DNA of 64,000 bases from Lingula anatina (lineage: Eukaryota > Animalia > Brachiopoda). The stretch's first letter is position 1, and each line of letters opens with the position of its first letter. This document shows positions 63,101-64,000 of this stretch, piece by piece. Under the pieces are notes generated by a model. That model saw only the letters and a program-made list of their open reading frames with translations, was not told the DNA's origin and made no database searches. The stretch is from positions 19,406,001-19,470,000 of the forward strand of contig CM120646.1 in NCBI GenBank assembly GCA_051362555.1, given 5' to 3'. The translations under genes and the position numbers were made by a program.

Positions 63101-64000
63101 AAACTTGGGTCTAACATCCAGTTCTGATCTGATTTCCTAGCTCTAATGGTTTGGATGATGGATATGGCTTTAACTTACGATATTCTGCGAATTGGCTTCG
63201 ATCCGTTCACCATTAAGGTTTTATTTGTTTAATTCTCAGTGGGAAATGGTAATGGTTAGGAAATGGCATGTGGATTATTTTTGATACGTTTTTCGATTTT
63301 CTTTTTTTTTTTTAGGTTCTCGTTGGTCCCAATAATATTCCTCGCCTTTTTACAAAAGTTTGATTCATATTTTATACCATTATACTTTTTTCAATATTTT
63401 AGATTTAATTTCAATTTCAAATGAGATGTTTACCTTACGTCATCTTTGTCGAAATAAATTGCTAAAATACAATAATTTTAAAAGGAAACAAGATTTTTTT
63501 TAAATGGAAAGCAAATTGATTAATGATTAATTTTCAAATACACTATTTAAGTAAGTTGGACCAAAATCAGTTGACCTCGATATTGTCTGCTCTGCAATAT
63601 AGACCACATAGTTGTATTAATGTAGAAAATACGACTCTTTTAGCAATGCCTACAATTTGAATCTGCATTATAAATCGGAAATTGTTAATTCTTTCGAATA
63701 GACGCTAACAGTGTATTAAAACGGCAATTTAGGTGAAAGCATACAAAAAACACTGATATATTAAAGGGATAATAACTCTTCGTTTCGGCCAAAAAATGAA
63801 TTTTCCTGGAGTAAACAACAATTTTCCCATACTTACCAATGGTTAATGAATCCATTTTTACATTCAAAGTTAGTCCCTGGTTTTTTTCTAAAAAGTTTGG
63901 TTTTTTGTTAAAATCACTTAAGAGATTTTAACAGAGTATAGCCATCAATGGAGGTCACGTGGTCTAAAGACAAGCTCAGATATCAGAATAATAGCTATAA

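Noticed and set aside
60500-64000. Possible further gene (donor-like sites at ~61212, 61249 and 63432; GC-richer patch 62200-62660)
   Set aside because: I could not assemble a consistent frame or recognise a domain.
1-64000. CRISPR arrays, rRNA/tRNA genes, prokaryotic operons
   Set aside because: None seen. The spliceosomal gene structure and microsatellites show eukaryotic DNA, and the regularly spaced repeats are coding exons.

Overview
AT-rich, intron-rich animal genomic DNA, probably from a marine invertebrate (the taxon cannot be fixed from sequence). The ORF track misses most real coding sequence because it lies in 18-230 nt exons. Hand-splicing on GT-AG boundaries with consistent phase gives eight gene models; all seven whose 5' end is in the window begin with a signal-peptide-like exon. 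(1) Two tandem FMN-dependent alpha-hydroxy acid oxidase (HAO/glycolate oxidase family) genes on +. The complete copy has an intact active site, an extra signal-peptide exon and no C-terminal PTS1, so it looks like a secreted H2O2-generating oxidase. (2) Four minus-strand paralogues built from phase-0 exons encoding follistatin-N (FOLN)-like Cys modules, three of them capped by Kunitz, TIL and/or lustrin/WR1-like domains. (3) Two plus-strand paralogues with an EGF domain and other Cys modules; one ends in an intronless domain resembling bacterial PPC-type beta-sandwiches. Mobile DNA includes a P-superfamily element (31-bp TIRs, 7-bp TSD), a decayed SAP+YqaJ transposon, a Tc1 relic and MITEs. 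The best candidate for an undescribed system is a clustered, exon-shuffled secretory locus (oxidase plus Cys-rich inhibitor/scaffold proteins). Gene models are manual and unconfirmed by transcripts; domain names come from motif recognition, not database searches.
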